A stretch of DNA of 64,000 nt, from positions 4,612 to 68,611 of the forward strand of contig UQUV01000009.1 in NCBI GenBank assembly GCA_900544305.1, read 5' to 3'. Both the position numbers and the translations under genes were made by a program. The first letter of the stretch is position 1. Every line of letters starts with the position of its first letter. The notes below the pieces were generated by a model. It ran no database searches and was not told the DNA's origin. It saw nothing but the letters and a program-made list of their open reading frames with translations. This DNA is from an uncultured Porphyromonadaceae bacterium. GTDB lineage: Bacteria > Bacteroidota > Bacteroidia > Bacteroidales > Muribaculaceae. Below, piece after piece: positions 1-11,864 of this stretch.

Positions 1-2965
1 AATTCGTATTGTCGAGTTTTCGGGTAATACCACCCCAACGTTTTTCCGGGTTCAGCAGGTTAAAGTTTTCATCAATATTGGTGGCATCAAGGTTATACGG
101 ACCACGCTCATTCGGATAGAACGAAAGGTTCAATGTCTGAATAGCTGCCGCTTCACCATAATTCAACTCACGGTTTGGCCAGATTTCACGCGTAGTAACC
201 TCGCGCACATAAGGGCTTGACAACTGGTCCAAGTCGTTTTTGATATAGGCAGGACAGAGAGATGAATTCTTCTGCGTAAACATTCTGTCCACATAATACC
301 AGGCCAGCAATGCCCTGTTTTTCCCATATTCCACATTATTCGACAATGCCGCTTCAGGGAACAAAGCTGAAGCCGACGGGTCGTACGGCGTCGAAGCCAG
401 GAACCAAGAATACGGAGAACGGATATCAATTGAATTTTGTGAAGATTCAAAATCGTCGATATACGAGCTACCCTTGTTTGTTCCCGTCTCCTTTTTGTGA
501 GGAACCAATTGGGCAAATTCACCCTGCGCACTGAACGTTGAAGGAGCTGTAGCATTCACGGTCGGAATCTTGTTTACCAAATTCGTCAGCCACATGAATT
601 GTTTGTTGTATGAAAAATTCATGCCCCAAATCGTATTGTTGATAAGTTCGTCACCAATATTCACCTTTTCCGTCAACGGCTTTTCGGAGAAGTGCATGAC
701 AGTTGCTCCGACATTGAAGTCCTTATTGAAGGCATAGTTCAAATCCAAGCCGAGCAGTGTTTTTCGCTGCGTGCTGAACATGGACTGGTTTTCCAACGAA
801 ACGCTGACATTCGTTCCAGAGTCAATGATGCTTTGATTGATAATCGTGACAATACCCATGTTATAGTCTACGGTATAGTCACTGTTCTCAATCAAGGTTA
901 CACCACCGGCTGTCACGACTACCGAACCTCGAGGAATATTCATGGCATTCAAACGGATAGACGAACCCGAAGACGCCTGATATTCACCTTCCAATATGAA
1001 CTTGTTCTTGTCCTGGAACTGCATGGCCACAGTCTGCGTAGAATCATACAGTTCATGGTACACATATTTCTTAGCTTCGTTTTTGTCGGTAATTTGACTT
1101 TCCAAATATGAGCCGAACGGTTCTACAACTGGGAAAATAATCTTACCTTGCGATGCTATGACAGTATAGCCTTCAATGAAGTCATAGAATCCGTCGGGAT
1201 TGCTTTCGTTGTTGGAATCCAAACGGTCGAGATTCATCACCCGCAACAACGGCTTGTTACGAATAGGGTCAACCGGCAAATACTGTACGGATGTACCTGT
1301 CGAATCGCTGAGGTATTTGATGTTCAATTTGAAATTCTCTTTCTGTACCTGATAAGCACCCAGCGAATAAACGTTTTTCATCATCAAGTCCCAGTTTGCA
1401 AACTTCGGAGAAACCGTCGAACCTTTCAACAGTTTCAAATAAAGCGACTGGTTGGAATCAGCTATATCACTGGAGAATTCGCCGACTTGATAAACCGTAC
1501 CCTGATAGGTATATTCATAAGCCACCGCAAGAATCTCATCTGCATTCAAGGCCGAATTCAAAGAAATGTAACCCAACGTTTCATTCAAACGATATTCGGA
1601 AGAAGAAAGCAGACGTGCACTTTCTATCTTTTCATAGTCGCGTCCACCCTCAATGCCATAAGCTGTCAGCGGGTCCAAGGCCTGTGTCACCTGGCTGATA
1701 TAACGCGCATCCGGATAGTTGGTCTTGATTTCATTCAAAAGATTGTTGGACGCATTCCGGGGATTATTGGCAGTCGGGTCAGCAACCCAGTGAGAATTGG
1801 ACAAAACCTTATTTTCCGCCAAGTCCATGAATCCGACAACGTTTCGCGCCTCATCATACGTTCCCCGGCGGTTCGTAATCCACACCTCAATTCGCGTGAT
1901 GTTTATACCGGAAGATACATACGGCAATTTCGAGGCAAACTTGTCATAGTTGTCCCGAAAGAAGTGAGCCAGGAAAAAGTGACGGTTTTTATCATAATCA
2001 TCCACACCGATGGAGAACGACGTCGTTTGCGCCCCACCCTTAGTATTGACAGTCTGGGATTCTGAATTCTGCTGTGACGCCAATGCCGTCAAGGTCAGTT
2101 TTCCGAACTGAAGTTTTGTCTTGATACCAAACAAAGCTGTGCTACCTTTAATCAACGACGAACCGGTAGTCATGGACACATTACCCGCCTCGATGCTTTT
2201 AATGATTTCATCCTCTTTTCCATCATACTTGAGTTTCAGGTTTTTAGAGTCAAAATCAAAGGTTGCATCCGTATTATAGGTCATGTTGAACTTCAGCTTG
2301 TCGCCGACAGATGCATCAATAGTAGCCTGGATTTTCTGGTCGAAATCAAAATAGGTTTTCCGGCGTGAGCTGGCCGGCAATGCAGGGTTGTCGGTCTTAT
2401 TCGACTTCACCCCCATCTCCACAAGCACAGACCCTTGTGTTTTCAACTGCACACCGCCCGGTCCAAACACTTTTTCCAACGGACCGAGGGCAAACTTCAT
2501 ATCAAAAATATCAAATTTATCCTTGTCTTTCTGCTCATAAAGTTCTGCGTTTTTCTTCCGATAATAATCCATCATGGAATTACGCAATTCCATATCATTG
2601 TATTCATCGGCAGAAAGAATGAAAGGAGTGCTGATTTCGCGGTCACCAATCTTTGTATGAATGATATAGCAACCTGTTTCACTATCATATTCCGCCTGAG
2701 TTGTGATATTTGCGGGGTCTTTCAAGTCGACTGGCGGCTTTTTGTTGTCCAAAAGTTCGTCATAACCGGGTGTAATTGTCGGCTTCACGTCATAATGCAT
2801 ACGCGAAGAATCCCCATTCTCAGCACTTTTTCCGACAAATATCGTAGGAGGCGGAGGTGTCTCTGATTTTTTATATTGCGAATAGCCGATAAATTCATAG
2901 GCAGCAAGGCCTACAAAAAAAATCACCACTACCCACAAGTATTTCAATCGCTCAAAGTTTTTCAT
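1..2965 (-). CDS. sprA: Large cell-surface protein, probable SprA/Sov-like T9SS/gliding protein (N-terminal ~988 codons; the gene continues beyond the window start)
   Basis: Minus-strand translation from ATG (rc of 2963-2965) gives MKNFERLKYLWVVVIFFVGLAAYEF... with no stop to position 1. Hydrophobic N-terminus, very large protein, sits next to ruvA as in Bacteroidetes sprA/sov loci. The plus-strand ORFs in the track for this region are antisense artefacts. Confidence 0.5.
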   Translation of the reverse strand, partial: MKNFERLKYLWVVVIFFVGLAAYEFIGYSQYKKSETPPPPTIFVGKSAENGDSSRMHYDVKPTITPGYDELLDNKKPPVDLKDPANITTQAEYDSETGCYIIHTKIGDREISTPFILSADEYNDMELRNSMMDYYRKKNAELYEQKDKDKFDIFDMKFALGPLEKVFGPGGVQLKTQGSVLVEMGVKSNKTDNPALPASSRRKTYFDFDQKIQATIDASVGDKLKFNMTYNTDATFDFDSKNLKLKYDGKEDEIIKSIEAGNVSMTTGSSLIKGSTALFGIKTKLQFGKLTLTALASQQNSESQTVNTKGGAQTTSFSIGVDDYDKNRHFFLAHFFRDNYDKFASKLPYVSSGINITRIEVWITNRRGTYDEARNVVGFMDLAENKVLSNSHWVADPTANNPRNASNNLLNEIKTNYPDARYISQVTQALDPLTAYGIEGGRDYEKIESARLLSSSEYRLNETLGYISLNSALNADEILAVAYEYTYQGTVYQVGEFSSDIADSNQSLYLKLLKGSTVSPKFANWDLMMKNVYSLGAYQVQKENFKLNIKYLSDSTGTSVQYLPVDPIRNKPLLRVMNLDRLDSNNESNPDGFYDFIEGYTVIASQGKIIFPVVEPFGSYLESQITDKNEAKKYVYHELYDSTQTVAMQFQDKNKFILEGEYQASSGSSIRLNAMNIPRGSVVVTAGGVTLIENSDYTVDYNMGIVTIINQSIIDSGTNVSVSLENQSMFSTQRKTLLGLDLNYAFNKDFNVGATVMHFSEKPLTEKVNIGDELINNTIWGMNFSYNKQFMWLTNLVNKIPTVNATAPSTFSAQGEFAQLVPHKKETGTNKGSSYIDDFESSQNSIDIRSPYSWFLASTPYDPSASALFPEAALSNNVEYGKNRALLAWYYVDRMFTQKNSSLCPAYIKNDLDQLSSPYVREVTTREIWPNRELNYGEAAAIQTLNLSFYPNERGPYNLDATNIDENFNLLNPEKRWGGITRKLDNTN

Positions 2966-3017
2966 TAAGCTAATATAATCCGTTAATATCCGACTTTGAG
3001 CGCTCTACTCCTTACGG

Positions 3018-3599
3018 CTATAGAAGCTTCAAAGCCTTCTTGATAGCGTCTTCCACCTTCAATGTCGGATTTTCCTTCAACAAACTGCCAACCACTTTCT
3101 GGGCAGCAGCCTGCGGAAATCCCAGCATGACAAGGGCCGCAACAGCTTCCTCGTAGGTTTCCGACTTACTTTCCAATTGTATTATTAACGGATTGTCACC
3201 CGTTTTTATTTTATCTTTCAGGTCAACAATTATTCGTTGCGCAGTTTTTGCTCCGATTCCCTTTACGGCCTTCAGCTGATTTACATTGCCAGTGGAAATT
3301 ACTGCCTGCAAATCTTCCGTCGACAACGACGACAGAATCATGCGTGCCGTATTCGGACCGACACCGGAAACAGAGACAAGCAAAGTGAACATTTCACGCT
3401 CACTTTTATCCTTGAAACCATAAAGCACATACGCATCCTCACGAATGGATTCATATAAATAAACCTTGGCAGATTTCTGGTTCTGCAAAGCCGTATAGGT
3501 ATTTAGCGAGATATTGACAAAATAGCCGACACCGTTGCAGTCAACCACCACATAGGCAGGAGTGATTTCATCAATATCACCTTTGACGTATTCCAACAT
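3018..3599 (-). CDS. ruvA: Holliday junction branch migration protein RuvA
   Basis: 193 aa. [35 protein letters not shown]... matches the RuvA N-terminal OB fold and the C-terminal HhH / RuvB-interaction regions. Confidence 0.9.
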   Translation of the reverse strand: MLEYVKGDIDEITPAYVVVDCNGVGYFVNISLNTYTALQNQKSAKVYLYESIREDAYVLYGFKDKSEREMFTLLVSVSGVGPNTARMILSSLSTEDLQAVISTGNVNQLKAVKGIGAKTAQRIIVDLKDKIKTGDNPLIIQLESKSETYEEAVAALVMLGFPQAAAQKVVGSLLKENPTLKVEDAIKKALKLL

Positions 3600-3689
3600 T
3601 GTTTTTTCAATTTATAATTGACACAAAATTACAAAAAACAGAGAGAACGACAACACCACTGCTGTCAAATCCCCCTGCTTATATTTGTG

Positions 3690-4424
3690 CTAATTTACAA
3701 CGACATTTGAAAAATATTCTCTGAAAAGTTTTTCAGCACGTTCCAGTTGTTCAGACGTATTTTCCTTCACATCAGCCAGCTTGTATTCCCAGCCCATTGC
3801 TTCGTATTTATGTACTCCCAAACGATGATATGGCAGAATCTCTACCCGCTGTATTTGTTGGAATCCACCCAATGCTTCACCCAACCGCCGGATGTCGTCC
3901 TCAAAATCACTGATACCGGGAACCAGCACATAACGCAGCCAGAACGGACGACCGTTCTTCTCCAACCACTCCGCTGTCTTCAATGTCTGCGCATTGCTAC
4001 GTCCGGTCAACTCACGATGGCGGTCATCATTGAACTGTTTGATGTCGAGCAACACCAAATCTATTTCGCGAAGCAAAGCCTCCACATGCTCGTTCCACAC
4101 ACCACCGTTTGAATCAAGGCACACATGAATTCCTGCGTCCTTCAACTGTTTTACCAAAGGCAACAGCGCCTGAGCCTGCACCGTGGGCTCTCCGCCGGAA
4201 AATGTCACTCCACCTTTTTTTCCGAAAAAAGGTTTCTGACTGACGGCCATTTCCAACATTTCGGTTGCCGACGTTTCTTTTCCGCCTTTCATTTCAATTG
4301 TATCGGGATTGGCACAATAAAGGCAACGGAAAGGACAGCCCTGCAAAAACACAACCAACCGCAGCCCCGGACCGTCGAAAGTGCCCATACTTTCATACGA
4401 ATGCACATTAATCTTGTCTGTCAT
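3690..4424 (-). CDS. pflA: Pyruvate formate-lyase activating enzyme (radical SAM)
   Basis: 244 aa. CPFRCLYCANPDT radical-SAM cysteine motif typical of PflA. Sits immediately upstream of pflB. Confidence 0.9.
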   Translation of the reverse strand: MTDKINVHSYESMGTFDGPGLRLVVFLQGCPFRCLYCANPDTIEMKGGKETSATEMLEMAVSQKPFFGKKGGVTFSGGEPTVQAQALLPLVKQLKDAGIHVCLDSNGGVWNEHVEALLREIDLVLLDIKQFNDDRHRELTGRSNAQTLKTAEWLEKNGRPFWLRYVLVPGISDFEDDIRRLGEALGGFQQIQRVEILPYHRLGVHKYEAMGWEYKLADVKENTSEQLERAEKLFREYFSNVVVN

Positions 4425-4515
4425 ACGCTATAAGTTAAAAATTCAAGCCGATGCCATGCCCAACAGACACGGCACCGGCCCGAATCATATAAAACGATTA
4501 TACAGTTTTCAAAAT

Positions 4516-6744
4516 TTAAAAACGTTCATGGAAAGAACGGCTGATAACCTCAAGCTGATGTTCACGGCTAAGTTTTACGAAATTAACGGCATAGCCAGAA
4601 ACACGAATCGTCAGCTGCGGATATTTTTCAGGATGTTCCATCGCATCTTCCAACATTTCACGGTTCAGCACGTTCACATTCAAATGGTGTGCACCTTTCG
4701 TGAAATAACCGTCCATCATTGTCACCAGATTTTCCACACGTTCTTCTGCTGTAGGTCCGAGCGATTTCGGAATGATTGAGAACGTATTGCTGATTCCGTC
4801 CTGTGAATCACGATAGCGCAATTTCGCCACTGAACTCAAAGAAGCAATCGCACCGTTCTTGTCACGCCCATGCATCGGGTTGGCACCCGGAGCAAAAGCA
4901 ACGCCTTTCGCACGTCCGTCGGGAGTAGCACCCGTCTTCTTTCCGTACATCACATTCGACGTGATGGTCAGCAACGACAAGGTCGGACGTGCATTCTTGT
5001 ATACCGGCAACTTTTTCAGTTCTTCACTGAAATAGTAAACGAGGTCAACGCCCATGTGGTCAACACGGTCATCATTGTTACCGAAACATGGGAACTCGCC
5101 TTCGATGTCGAATCCTTCCGTCAAACCGATTTCATTGCGGCGGGCAGTCACCGAAGCATACTTGATAGCCGATAAAGAGTCGATGGCAATCGAAAGACCG
5201 GCAACACCGTAGGCAAGGTTAATTCTCGGGTCAGTGTCGACAAACGCCATCTGAGCCTTCTCATAGTAATATTTGTCGTGCATGTAATGAATGATATTCA
5301 TCGCCTCATTATATACACGGGCAATTTCCGTCAACACTTTCTTATAGTTGGCCATTACTTCCTCAAACTTCAGCTTGTCGCTTGTCAGCACCGGAATACC
5401 TTTTACCATTACGGTACCTGTATTTTCACAACGTCCGCCGTTGATGGCCAACAACAAAGCCTTTGCAAGGTTAGCACGCGCACCGAAGAACTGAATCTGC
5501 TTGCCGATTGCCTGATAAGAAACGCAGCAGGCGATGCCGTAATCGTCGCAACCGCGCACTTCGCGCATCAAATCGTCGTTCTCATATTGAATCGAGCTTG
5601 TGTCTACAGAAACCTGCGCACAGAATGCCTTGAATCCTTCCGGCAGATCCGGACTCCAAAGCACAGTCAAGTTAGGTTCCGGAGACGGACCGAGGTTATA
5701 AAGTGTCTGCAAGAAACGGAATGAAGTCTTTGTCACCTTTGTACGGCCATCATTGAAACGGCCGCCGATAGCTTCCGTCACCCAAGTCGGGTCACCGGCA
5801 AAGATATCGTTGTACGACTGCATGCGCAAATGACGAACCATGCGCAATTTAATGACGAACTGGTCAATCAATTCCTGTGCGAAAGTCTCGTCGATAATAC
5901 CATGAGCCAAATCATATTCAATAAAGATGTCGAGGAAGGAAGAAACGTTACCCAACGACATGGCTGCACCGTCCTGCTCTTTCACGGCAGCAAGATAAGC
6001 CATATAAACCCATTGGACAGCTTCGTGGGCGGATGTAGCCGGACGGCTCAAATCCAATCCGTAGTACTCTCCCATTGTCTTGATATCGTTCAATGCCTTG
6101 ATTTGCTCAGCTACTTCCTCACGCAAACGAATGCGGGCATCAGTCATCGGACCTGTCAAATGCCGCAAGTCATCACGCTTCGCTTCAATCAAGCGATCAA
6201 TACCGTACAAAGCCAGACGACGATAGTCACCGATAATACGGCCACGCGCATAATTGTCAGGCAGTCCCGTCAAAAAGCCCAAAGAACGGAAAGAGCGAAT
6301 TTCTTCTGTATAGGCATCAAACACACCGTCATTATGCGTTTTTCGATAATGAGTAAAAATATCCTTTACCTTTTCGTCCACTTCCAGACCGTTTTCGCGG
6401 CAAGCCTTAGCCACTACATTGATACCGCCAAACGGCTTGATGGCACGTTTCAGCAATTCATCCGTCTGCAAGCCTACAATCAGTTCATTTTCCTTGTCAA
6501 TGTATCCTGCCTTATGTGAGGTAATGGTCGACACCGTGACGTTATCCAACGAACGGACGCCATTGTTGTTGCGTTCCTCTTCAAGTGCTTTCAAACAGAT
6601 TTCCCAAATTCGCTTGGTTCTTTCAGTCGGTCCCTGAAGGAAGGAAGCATCACCGGTATAAGGTGCAATGTTAACACTAACGAAATCACTTACGTTGATT
6701 TCTTTACTCCAAAGCCCATCAATAAAGGTTTTGTTTAATTCCAT
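4516..6744 (-). CDS. pflB: Formate C-acetyltransferase (pyruvate formate-lyase, glycyl radical enzyme)
   Basis: 742 aa. C-terminal RVSGYAVNF glycyl-radical motif. Typical PFL length. Confidence 0.92.
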   Translation of the reverse strand: MELNKTFIDGLWSKEINVSDFVSVNIAPYTGDASFLQGPTERTKRIWEICLKALEEERNNNGVRSLDNVTVSTITSHKAGYIDKENELIVGLQTDELLKRAIKPFGGINVVAKACRENGLEVDEKVKDIFTHYRKTHNDGVFDAYTEEIRSFRSLGFLTGLPDNYARGRIIGDYRRLALYGIDRLIEAKRDDLRHLTGPMTDARIRLREEVAEQIKALNDIKTMGEYYGLDLSRPATSAHEAVQWVYMAYLAAVKEQDGAAMSLGNVSSFLDIFIEYDLAHGIIDETFAQELIDQFVIKLRMVRHLRMQSYNDIFAGDPTWVTEAIGGRFNDGRTKVTKTSFRFLQTLYNLGPSPEPNLTVLWSPDLPEGFKAFCAQVSVDTSSIQYENDDLMREVRGCDDYGIACCVSYQAIGKQIQFFGARANLAKALLLAINGGRCENTGTVMVKGIPVLTSDKLKFEEVMANYKKVLTEIARVYNEAMNIIHYMHDKYYYEKAQMAFVDTDPRINLAYGVAGLSIAIDSLSAIKYASVTARRNEIGLTEGFDIEGEFPCFGNNDDRVDHMGVDLVYYFSEELKKLPVYKNARPTLSLLTITSNVMYGKKTGATPDGRAKGVAFAPGANPMHGRDKNGAIASLSSVAKLRYRDSQDGISNTFSIIPKSLGPTAEERVENLVTMMDGYFTKGAHHLNVNVLNREMLEDAMEHPEKYPQLTIRVSGYAVNFVKLSREHQLEVISRSFHERF

Positions 6745-6863
6745 AAATAAACGATTCTTAGTAATGTGTATGCAAAGTTAACGTTTTTTACACTTTCATC
6801 CTAACTGCACTTCAAAAAATATGTTATAAAGCATATTTTGCCATCACAAGTAAAAAAACAAAA

Positions 6864-6893
6864 CCGCCGGTCAGGATATCCGACCGGCGGTTC
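6864..6893 (-). terminator. Rho-independent terminator downstream of the PFOR gene
   Basis: Perfect inverted repeat CCGCCGGTC...GACCGGCGG (6864-6872 / 6882-6890). On the minus strand it is followed by a T-run (rc of AAAAAAACAAAA at 6852-6863). Confidence 0.7.
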
Positions 6894-6921
6894 ATATATT
6901 CACTAATTAATTTATTCAAAA

Positions 6922-9900
6922 TTACTTAGCAAGTTCTTCCGGGTTTTGTCCCCACTGCTGAAGAGCAAGACGACGGTAGTTGTTGTAACGCCATTGAGCA
7001 TTTTCCAAAGAAGCCTGGAACAATTCTTCAGCTTCGTTCGGATATTGCTTCATTACAGAAGCGTAGCGCACTTCACCCTTCAAGAAGTTCTTGAAGTTAT
7101 CCCAGTTCGGCTCTTTACTATCAAGAGTGAACGGATTCTTGCCTTCTTTTTCAAGTTCTGGGTTGTAACGCCACAAGTGCCAGTAACCGCATTCAACTGC
7201 AGCGGCTTCTTCTGCCTGTGATTTACCCATACCTGCTTTCAAACCGTGGTTGATACATGGAGCATAAGCAATGATCAAAGAAGGACCGTCGTAAGCTTCA
7301 GCTTCGCGGATAGCCTTCAATGTCTGAGCCTGGTCAGCACCCATAGCGATTTGAGCAACGTATACATAACCGTAAGTTGATGCAATCAAACCAAGGTCTT
7401 TCTTACGTACACGCTTACCAGAAGCAGCAAATTTAGCGATAGCACCGAGCGGTGTAGCCTTGGAAGCCTGACCACCAGTATTTGAATAAACTTCAGTATC
7501 AAGAACAAGGATATTTACGTTCTTGCCAGAAGCAATTACATGGTCAAGACCACCGAAACCGATATCGTAAGAAGCACCGTCACCACCGATAATCCACTGG
7601 CTGCGTTTTGTCAAGTGATTCTTTACCAAGTCAAGACGTGCGCACAATTCGCATTTGTCTTTGCCGGCTTCAATCATCGGAATCAACTTGTCAGCAGCTG
7701 CACGGCTACCTTCTGCGTTATCCTTAGCAGCTACCCATTCTTCACAAGCAGCCTTGAATTCAGCAGGAGCGTCAGAAGCAGCAACTTCAGCCATGATAGC
7801 TTCGATACGGGCAACCATCTTTTCGTGAGCCAAAGTCATACCCAAGCCGAATTCACAGAAGTCTTCGAACAATGAGTTAGCCCATGCCGGACCGTGACCC
7901 TTTTCATTAGTTGTATAAGGAGTTGAAGGTACTGAACCAGAGTAGATAGAGCTACAACCAGTTGCATTTGCTACCATTTCGCGGTCACCATACAATTGTG
8001 AAATCAACTTCACATACGGAGTTTCACCACAACCAGAGCAAGCACCAGAGAACTCAAACAACGGAGTTGCGAACTGAGAGTTCTTCACGTTTGACTTGAT
8101 GTCAACAAGGTTCTGCTTAGAAGAAACCTTTTCAACACAGTAATCCCAGTTCTTCTGAACGTCAAGCTGAGTTTCAAGCGGCTTCATAACCAAAGCCTTT
8201 TCGCCCTTCTTGCCCGGACAAACATCAGCACAGTTACCGCAACCAAGACAGTCGAGAACGTCTACCTGCTGGATGAAGCGCATGCCAGTGAATGTCTTGC
8301 CGATTGCAGCCAAAGTGTTTTCTTCGCCGAACGGAGCAGCAGCCATTTCTTCGCCAGTCAAAACGAACGGACGGATAGCAGCGTGAGGACAAACATAAGC
8401 ACACTTGTTACATTGGATACAGTTGTCAACCACCCATTCCGGAACGAATGTAGCAACACCACGTTTTTCGTAACGTGCTGTACCCTGTTCCCATGTACCG
8501 TCTGCATTGTTCTTGAATGCAGAAACCGGAAGAAGGTCGCCATCCTGAGCGTTGATAGGACGAACGATTTCGTTGATGAATGCAGGATCGTTGTTTGCTT
8601 CAACTACATCATCTGGAAGTTCTGCCCATGCAGGATCAACAGCAAGTTTCTGATATTCGCCACCGCGGTCAACTGCAGCATAGTTCTTGTTCACAACATC
8701 TTCACCCTTCTTGCCGTAAGACTTCACGATGAATTTCTTCATCTGTTCTACTGCCAAGTCAACCGGAATAACTTCTGTGATACGGAAGAATGCAGATTGA
8801 AGGATTGTGTTTGTACGGTTACCCAAACCAATTTCCTGAGCGATTTGAGTTGCGTTGATATAGTAAACAGTGATGTTGTTCTTTGCGAAGTATCTCTTCA
8901 CCTTGTTTGGCAAGTGCTTAGCCAATTCTTCGCCTGTCCATACAGTATTCAAAAGGAATGTTCCGTTAGGACGCAAACCACGAGTTACATCATACATGTG
9001 GAGGTATGCCTGAACGTGGCAAGCAACGAAGTTCGGAGTTGTTACCAAATAAGTTGAACGAATCGGAGTATCACCGAAACGCAAGTGAGAGCAAGTAAAA
9101 CCACCAGACTTCTTAGAGTCGTAAGAGAAGTATGCCTGGCAATACTTGTTGGTGTTGTCACCGATAATTTTAACAGAGTTCTTGTTTGCACCTACTGTAC
9201 CGTCAGCACCCAAGCCATAGAATTTAGCTTCGAAAATGCCTTCACCGCCAAGAGCGATTTCTTCTTTCGGAGGAAGAGATGTAAATGTAACATCATCAAC
9301 GATACCGATAGTGAACTGATTCTTTGGTTCCGGCAAAGCAAGGTTTTCATAAACAGAAAGGATTTGTGCCGGTGTAGTATCCTTAGAACCCAAACCGTAA
9401 CGGCCACCTACGATAAGCGGAGCATTTTCCTTGCCGTAGAAGCAGTCCTTAACATCGAGGTACAACGGTTCGCCGTTTGCACCCGGCTCTTTTGTACGGT
9501 CGAGAACAGCAATACGTTTAGCTGTAGCCGGAACTGCTGCCAAGAAATGCTTAGCAGAGAACGGACGATACAAGTGAACAGCAACCAAACCAACTTTTTC
9601 GCCCTTCGACATCAAATAGTCGATAGCTTCCTGAGCGGCTTGAGTTATAGAACCCATAGCGATAATTACGCGTTCTGCTTCAGGATCACCATAGTAGTTG
9701 AACAAACCGTATTTGCGGCCGGTGATTTCTGAAATCTTGTTCATATAGTTTTCTACAATAGCAGGAACTGCATCGTAGTAGTTGTTGCAAGCTTCACGGT
9801 GCTGGAAGAAGTGGTCAGGGTTTTCAGCCATACCACGAGCAACCGGTTTTTCCGGATTCAATGCACGAGCACGGAATTCAGCCAAAGCTTCCTGGTCGAT

Positions 9901-10488
9901 AAGCGGAGCCAAATCATCGTTTTCGAGCATTTCAATCTTCTGGATTTCGTGAGAAGTACGGAAACCGTCGAAGAAGTTAACGAACGGAACACGAGCTGTA
10001 AGAGTAGAAAGATGAGCAACACCGGCAAGGTCCATAACTTCCTGAACAGAACCTTCGCAAAGCATAGCGAAACCTGTCTGACGAGTTGACATTACGTCCT
10101 GGTGGTCACCGAAAATACACAATGCATGAGAAGCCAATGTACGTGCAGATACGTGGAAAACGCATGGCAAGTTTTCACCGGCAATCTTATACATGTTAGG
10201 AATCATCAACAACAAACCTTGTGATGCTGTGTATGTAGTAGTCAAAGCACCTGCCTGCAAAGAGCCGTGAACAGCACCGGCAGCACCAGCTTCTGACTGC
10301 ATTTCTTCAACAAGAACAGTTTCTCCAAAAATGTTTTTTCGGCCAGCTGCCGCCCATTCGTCCACGTATTCAGCCATTGTAGACGACGGTGTGATAGGAT
10401 AAATGGCAGCTACTTCAGAGAACATATAGCTGATGTGAGCAGCAGCCTGATTACCATCACAAGTTAAGAATTTTTTTTCCTTACTCAT
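6922..10488 (-). CDS. nifJ: Pyruvate:ferredoxin (flavodoxin) oxidoreductase (PFOR)
   Basis: 1188 aa. Two ferredoxin-type CxxCxxCxxxCP clusters (CIQCNKCAYVCP, CLGCGNCADVCP). GDG TPP-binding region near the C-terminus. Canonical PFOR length. Confidence 0.92.
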   Translation of the reverse strand: MSKEKKFLTCDGNQAAAHISYMFSEVAAIYPITPSSTMAEYVDEWAAAGRKNIFGETVLVEEMQSEAGAAGAVHGSLQAGALTTTYTASQGLLLMIPNMYKIAGENLPCVFHVSARTLASHALCIFGDHQDVMSTRQTGFAMLCEGSVQEVMDLAGVAHLSTLTARVPFVNFFDGFRTSHEIQKIEMLENDDLAPLIDQEALAEFRARALNPEKPVARGMAENPDHFFQHREACNNYYDAVPAIVENYMNKISEITGRKYGLFNYYGDPEAERVIIAMGSITQAAQEAIDYLMSKGEKVGLVAVHLYRPFSAKHFLAAVPATAKRIAVLDRTKEPGANGEPLYLDVKDCFYGKENAPLIVGGRYGLGSKDTTPAQILSVYENLALPEPKNQFTIGIVDDVTFTSLPPKEEIALGGEGIFEAKFYGLGADGTVGANKNSVKIIGDNTNKYCQAYFSYDSKKSGGFTCSHLRFGDTPIRSTYLVTTPNFVACHVQAYLHMYDVTRGLRPNGTFLLNTVWTGEELAKHLPNKVKRYFAKNNITVYYINATQIAQEIGLGNRTNTILQSAFFRITEVIPVDLAVEQMKKFIVKSYGKKGEDVVNKNYAAVDRGGEYQKLAVDPAWAELPDDVVEANNDPAFINEIVRPINAQDGDLLPVSAFKNNADGTWEQGTARYEKRGVATFVPEWVVDNCIQCNKCAYVCPHAAIRPFVLTGEEMAAAPFGEENTLAAIGKTFTGMRFIQQVDVLDCLGCGNCADVCPGKKGEKALVMKPLETQLDVQKNWDYCVEKVSSKQNLVDIKSNVKNSQFATPLFEFSGACSGCGETPYVKLISQLYGDREMVANATGCSSIYSGSVPSTPYTTNEKGHGPAWANSLFEDFCEFGLGMTLAHEKMVARIEAIMAEVAASDAPAEFKAACEEWVAAKDNAEGSRAAADKLIPMIEAGKDKCELCARLDLVKNHLTKRSQWIIGGDGASYDIGFGGLDHVIASGKNVNILVLDTEVYSNTGGQASKATPLGAIAKFAASGKRVRKKDLGLIASTYGYVYVAQIAMGADQAQTLKAIREAEAYDGPSLIIAYAPCINHGLKAGMGKSQAEEAAAVECGYWHLWRYNPELEKEGKNPFTLDSKEPNWDNFKNFLKGEVRYASVMKQYPNEAEELFQASLENAQWRYNNYRRLALQQWGQNPEELAK

Positions 10489-10693
10489 ATTTGTTAATCA
10501 ATTATTTGATAAAAAATTACCTCTAATGGATTTTATCCGGTCTTCAAATCTTTACCTTAAAAAGCCTACCGGTAAAATACTAAATGCTTTAACGGTGCGA
10601 AATTAATCATTATTATTCGTTTGACAAAAAAAATAACAGTTTTTCGAAATCTTCAACACAACTCAAAACTGCACCTTTCATCGTCACCGACCA

Positions 10694-10730
10694 AATAAAA
10701 AACAGCAGCGACTGGAAAATCGCTACTGTT
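10694..10730 (-). terminator. Hairpin plus T-run downstream of the WecA-like gene (possibly bidirectional)
   Basis: CAGCAGCGA...TCGCTACTG stem (10703-10728) flanked by an A-run (10694-10702) on plus and a T-rich stretch on the other side. Confidence 0.5.
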
Positions 10731-10754
10731 TTGTCTTGTTTTCTGTCATCCAGG

Positions 10755-11864
10755 CTACTGAACCCGACGTTTCCGTACCTTTATGGCATGTGTCAGCCAC
10801 ATCTGTGATACGGTCCACAACAATACATCGATAACCAGTATGATATTCGTATTGCAATGCGGAAGCAATGCCCAATTCAACACCACAAACGATGCCCCAA
10901 CCAGCAAAATGGAAACCATTGCTGTTTTATGCGACAACCCCAAGTCCAGCAATTTGTGATGTATATGACAACGGTCAGGCTCAAACGGATTATGTCCTAA
11001 ACGTATTCTATGGATTACGACACGCACGACATCAAAAGCCGGGACAATAAGCATGGAAAATGCAACGATAATCGCACCGTCCACATTATGAGCCATCAAC
11101 GGTTCACGCATAGCCAGTCGGACAGCCAAAAACGACAATATCAAACCGATACACTGCGAACCAGTATCTCCCATAAAAATCTTCCTACACTTGTCCGCCA
11201 TACCAAATACATTATAATAGAAGAACGGGCACAGCGTTCCAAACGTGGCAAAAGCCAATATCGCACATCCCCAAAGCTGAACATAAACAAACATCAGTCC
11301 GAAAAAGAACGAAGCTACGATACTCAATCCCGATGCCAGTCCGTCAATACCGTCGATAAGATTAATGGCATTGATAAGAAATACAATTATCAATACCGTA
11401 AACGGCATTCCAAAATACGGCGACACGGAATGAACACCAAACAGCCCGTAGAAATCATTCAGCCATATACCTGACGCTACAACGAGCAACGCGGAAAAAA
11501 TTTGAAAAACAAACTTCGTGCGATAACGCAACCCGACCAAATCGTCCATAATACCTTCAAAATAAAGCAACAGCATGGCACAAATACCAAAAGCCAACTG
11601 CTTGTCGTTGAAGAAACAATGCATGCTTTCGGGCAAAAGCAATGCATTTACGCCAATCACAAAAGCAACAGTTACAATGATTGACGGCACAAAAGCAACA
11701 CCGCCTAAACGCGGCACAATACCAGTATGCACCTTTCGTTCATCCGCATAGTCGAAAAGTTTCTTACGAAAAGAAACAATTAGCACCTGCGGAATGAAAA
11801 AAGCTGTAAAGAGTACACTCAAAAATATACTCAAAACGACATTAAAAACATCTACAGTCATCAT
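10755..11864 (-). CDS. Undecaprenyl-phosphate sugar-1-phosphate transferase (WecA/MraY-like glycosyltransferase family 4)
   Basis: 369 aa, about 10 TM segments. ADERKVHTG..PRLGG and NAINLIDGIDGL motifs are characteristic of the polyprenyl-phosphate N-acetylhexosamine-1-P transferase family. Confidence 0.8.
   Translation of the reverse strand: MMTVDVFNVVLSIFLSVLFTAFFIPQVLIVSFRKKLFDYADERKVHTGIVPRLGGVAFVPSIIVTVAFVIGVNALLLPESMHCFFNDKQLAFGICAMLLLYFEGIMDDLVGLRYRTKFVFQIFSALLVVASGIWLNDFYGLFGVHSVSPYFGMPFTVLIIVFLINAINLIDGIDGLASGLSIVASFFFGLMFVYVQLWGCAILAFATFGTLCPFFYYNVFGMADKCRKIFMGDTGSQCIGLILSFLAVRLAMREPLMAHNVDGAIIVAFSMLIVPAFDVVRVVIHRIRLGHNPFEPDRCHIHHKLLDLGLSHKTAMVSILLVGASFVVLNWALLPHCNTNIILVIDVLLWTVSQMWLTHAIKVRKRRVQ

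Noticed and set aside
692-2866. Plus-strand ORFs from the track (692-1111, 1148-2065, 2435-2866 and others)
   Set aside because: They are antisense to a continuous 988-codon minus-strand reading frame (the sprA-like gene) and have odd composition (Arg/His/Ile-rich). Shadow ORFs.
7540-10089. Multiple plus-strand ORFs inside the PFOR gene (8383-9057, 9085-9732 and others)
   Set aside because: Embedded antisense within a well-supported 1188-aa minus-strand gene. Cys/Arg-rich artefactual translations.
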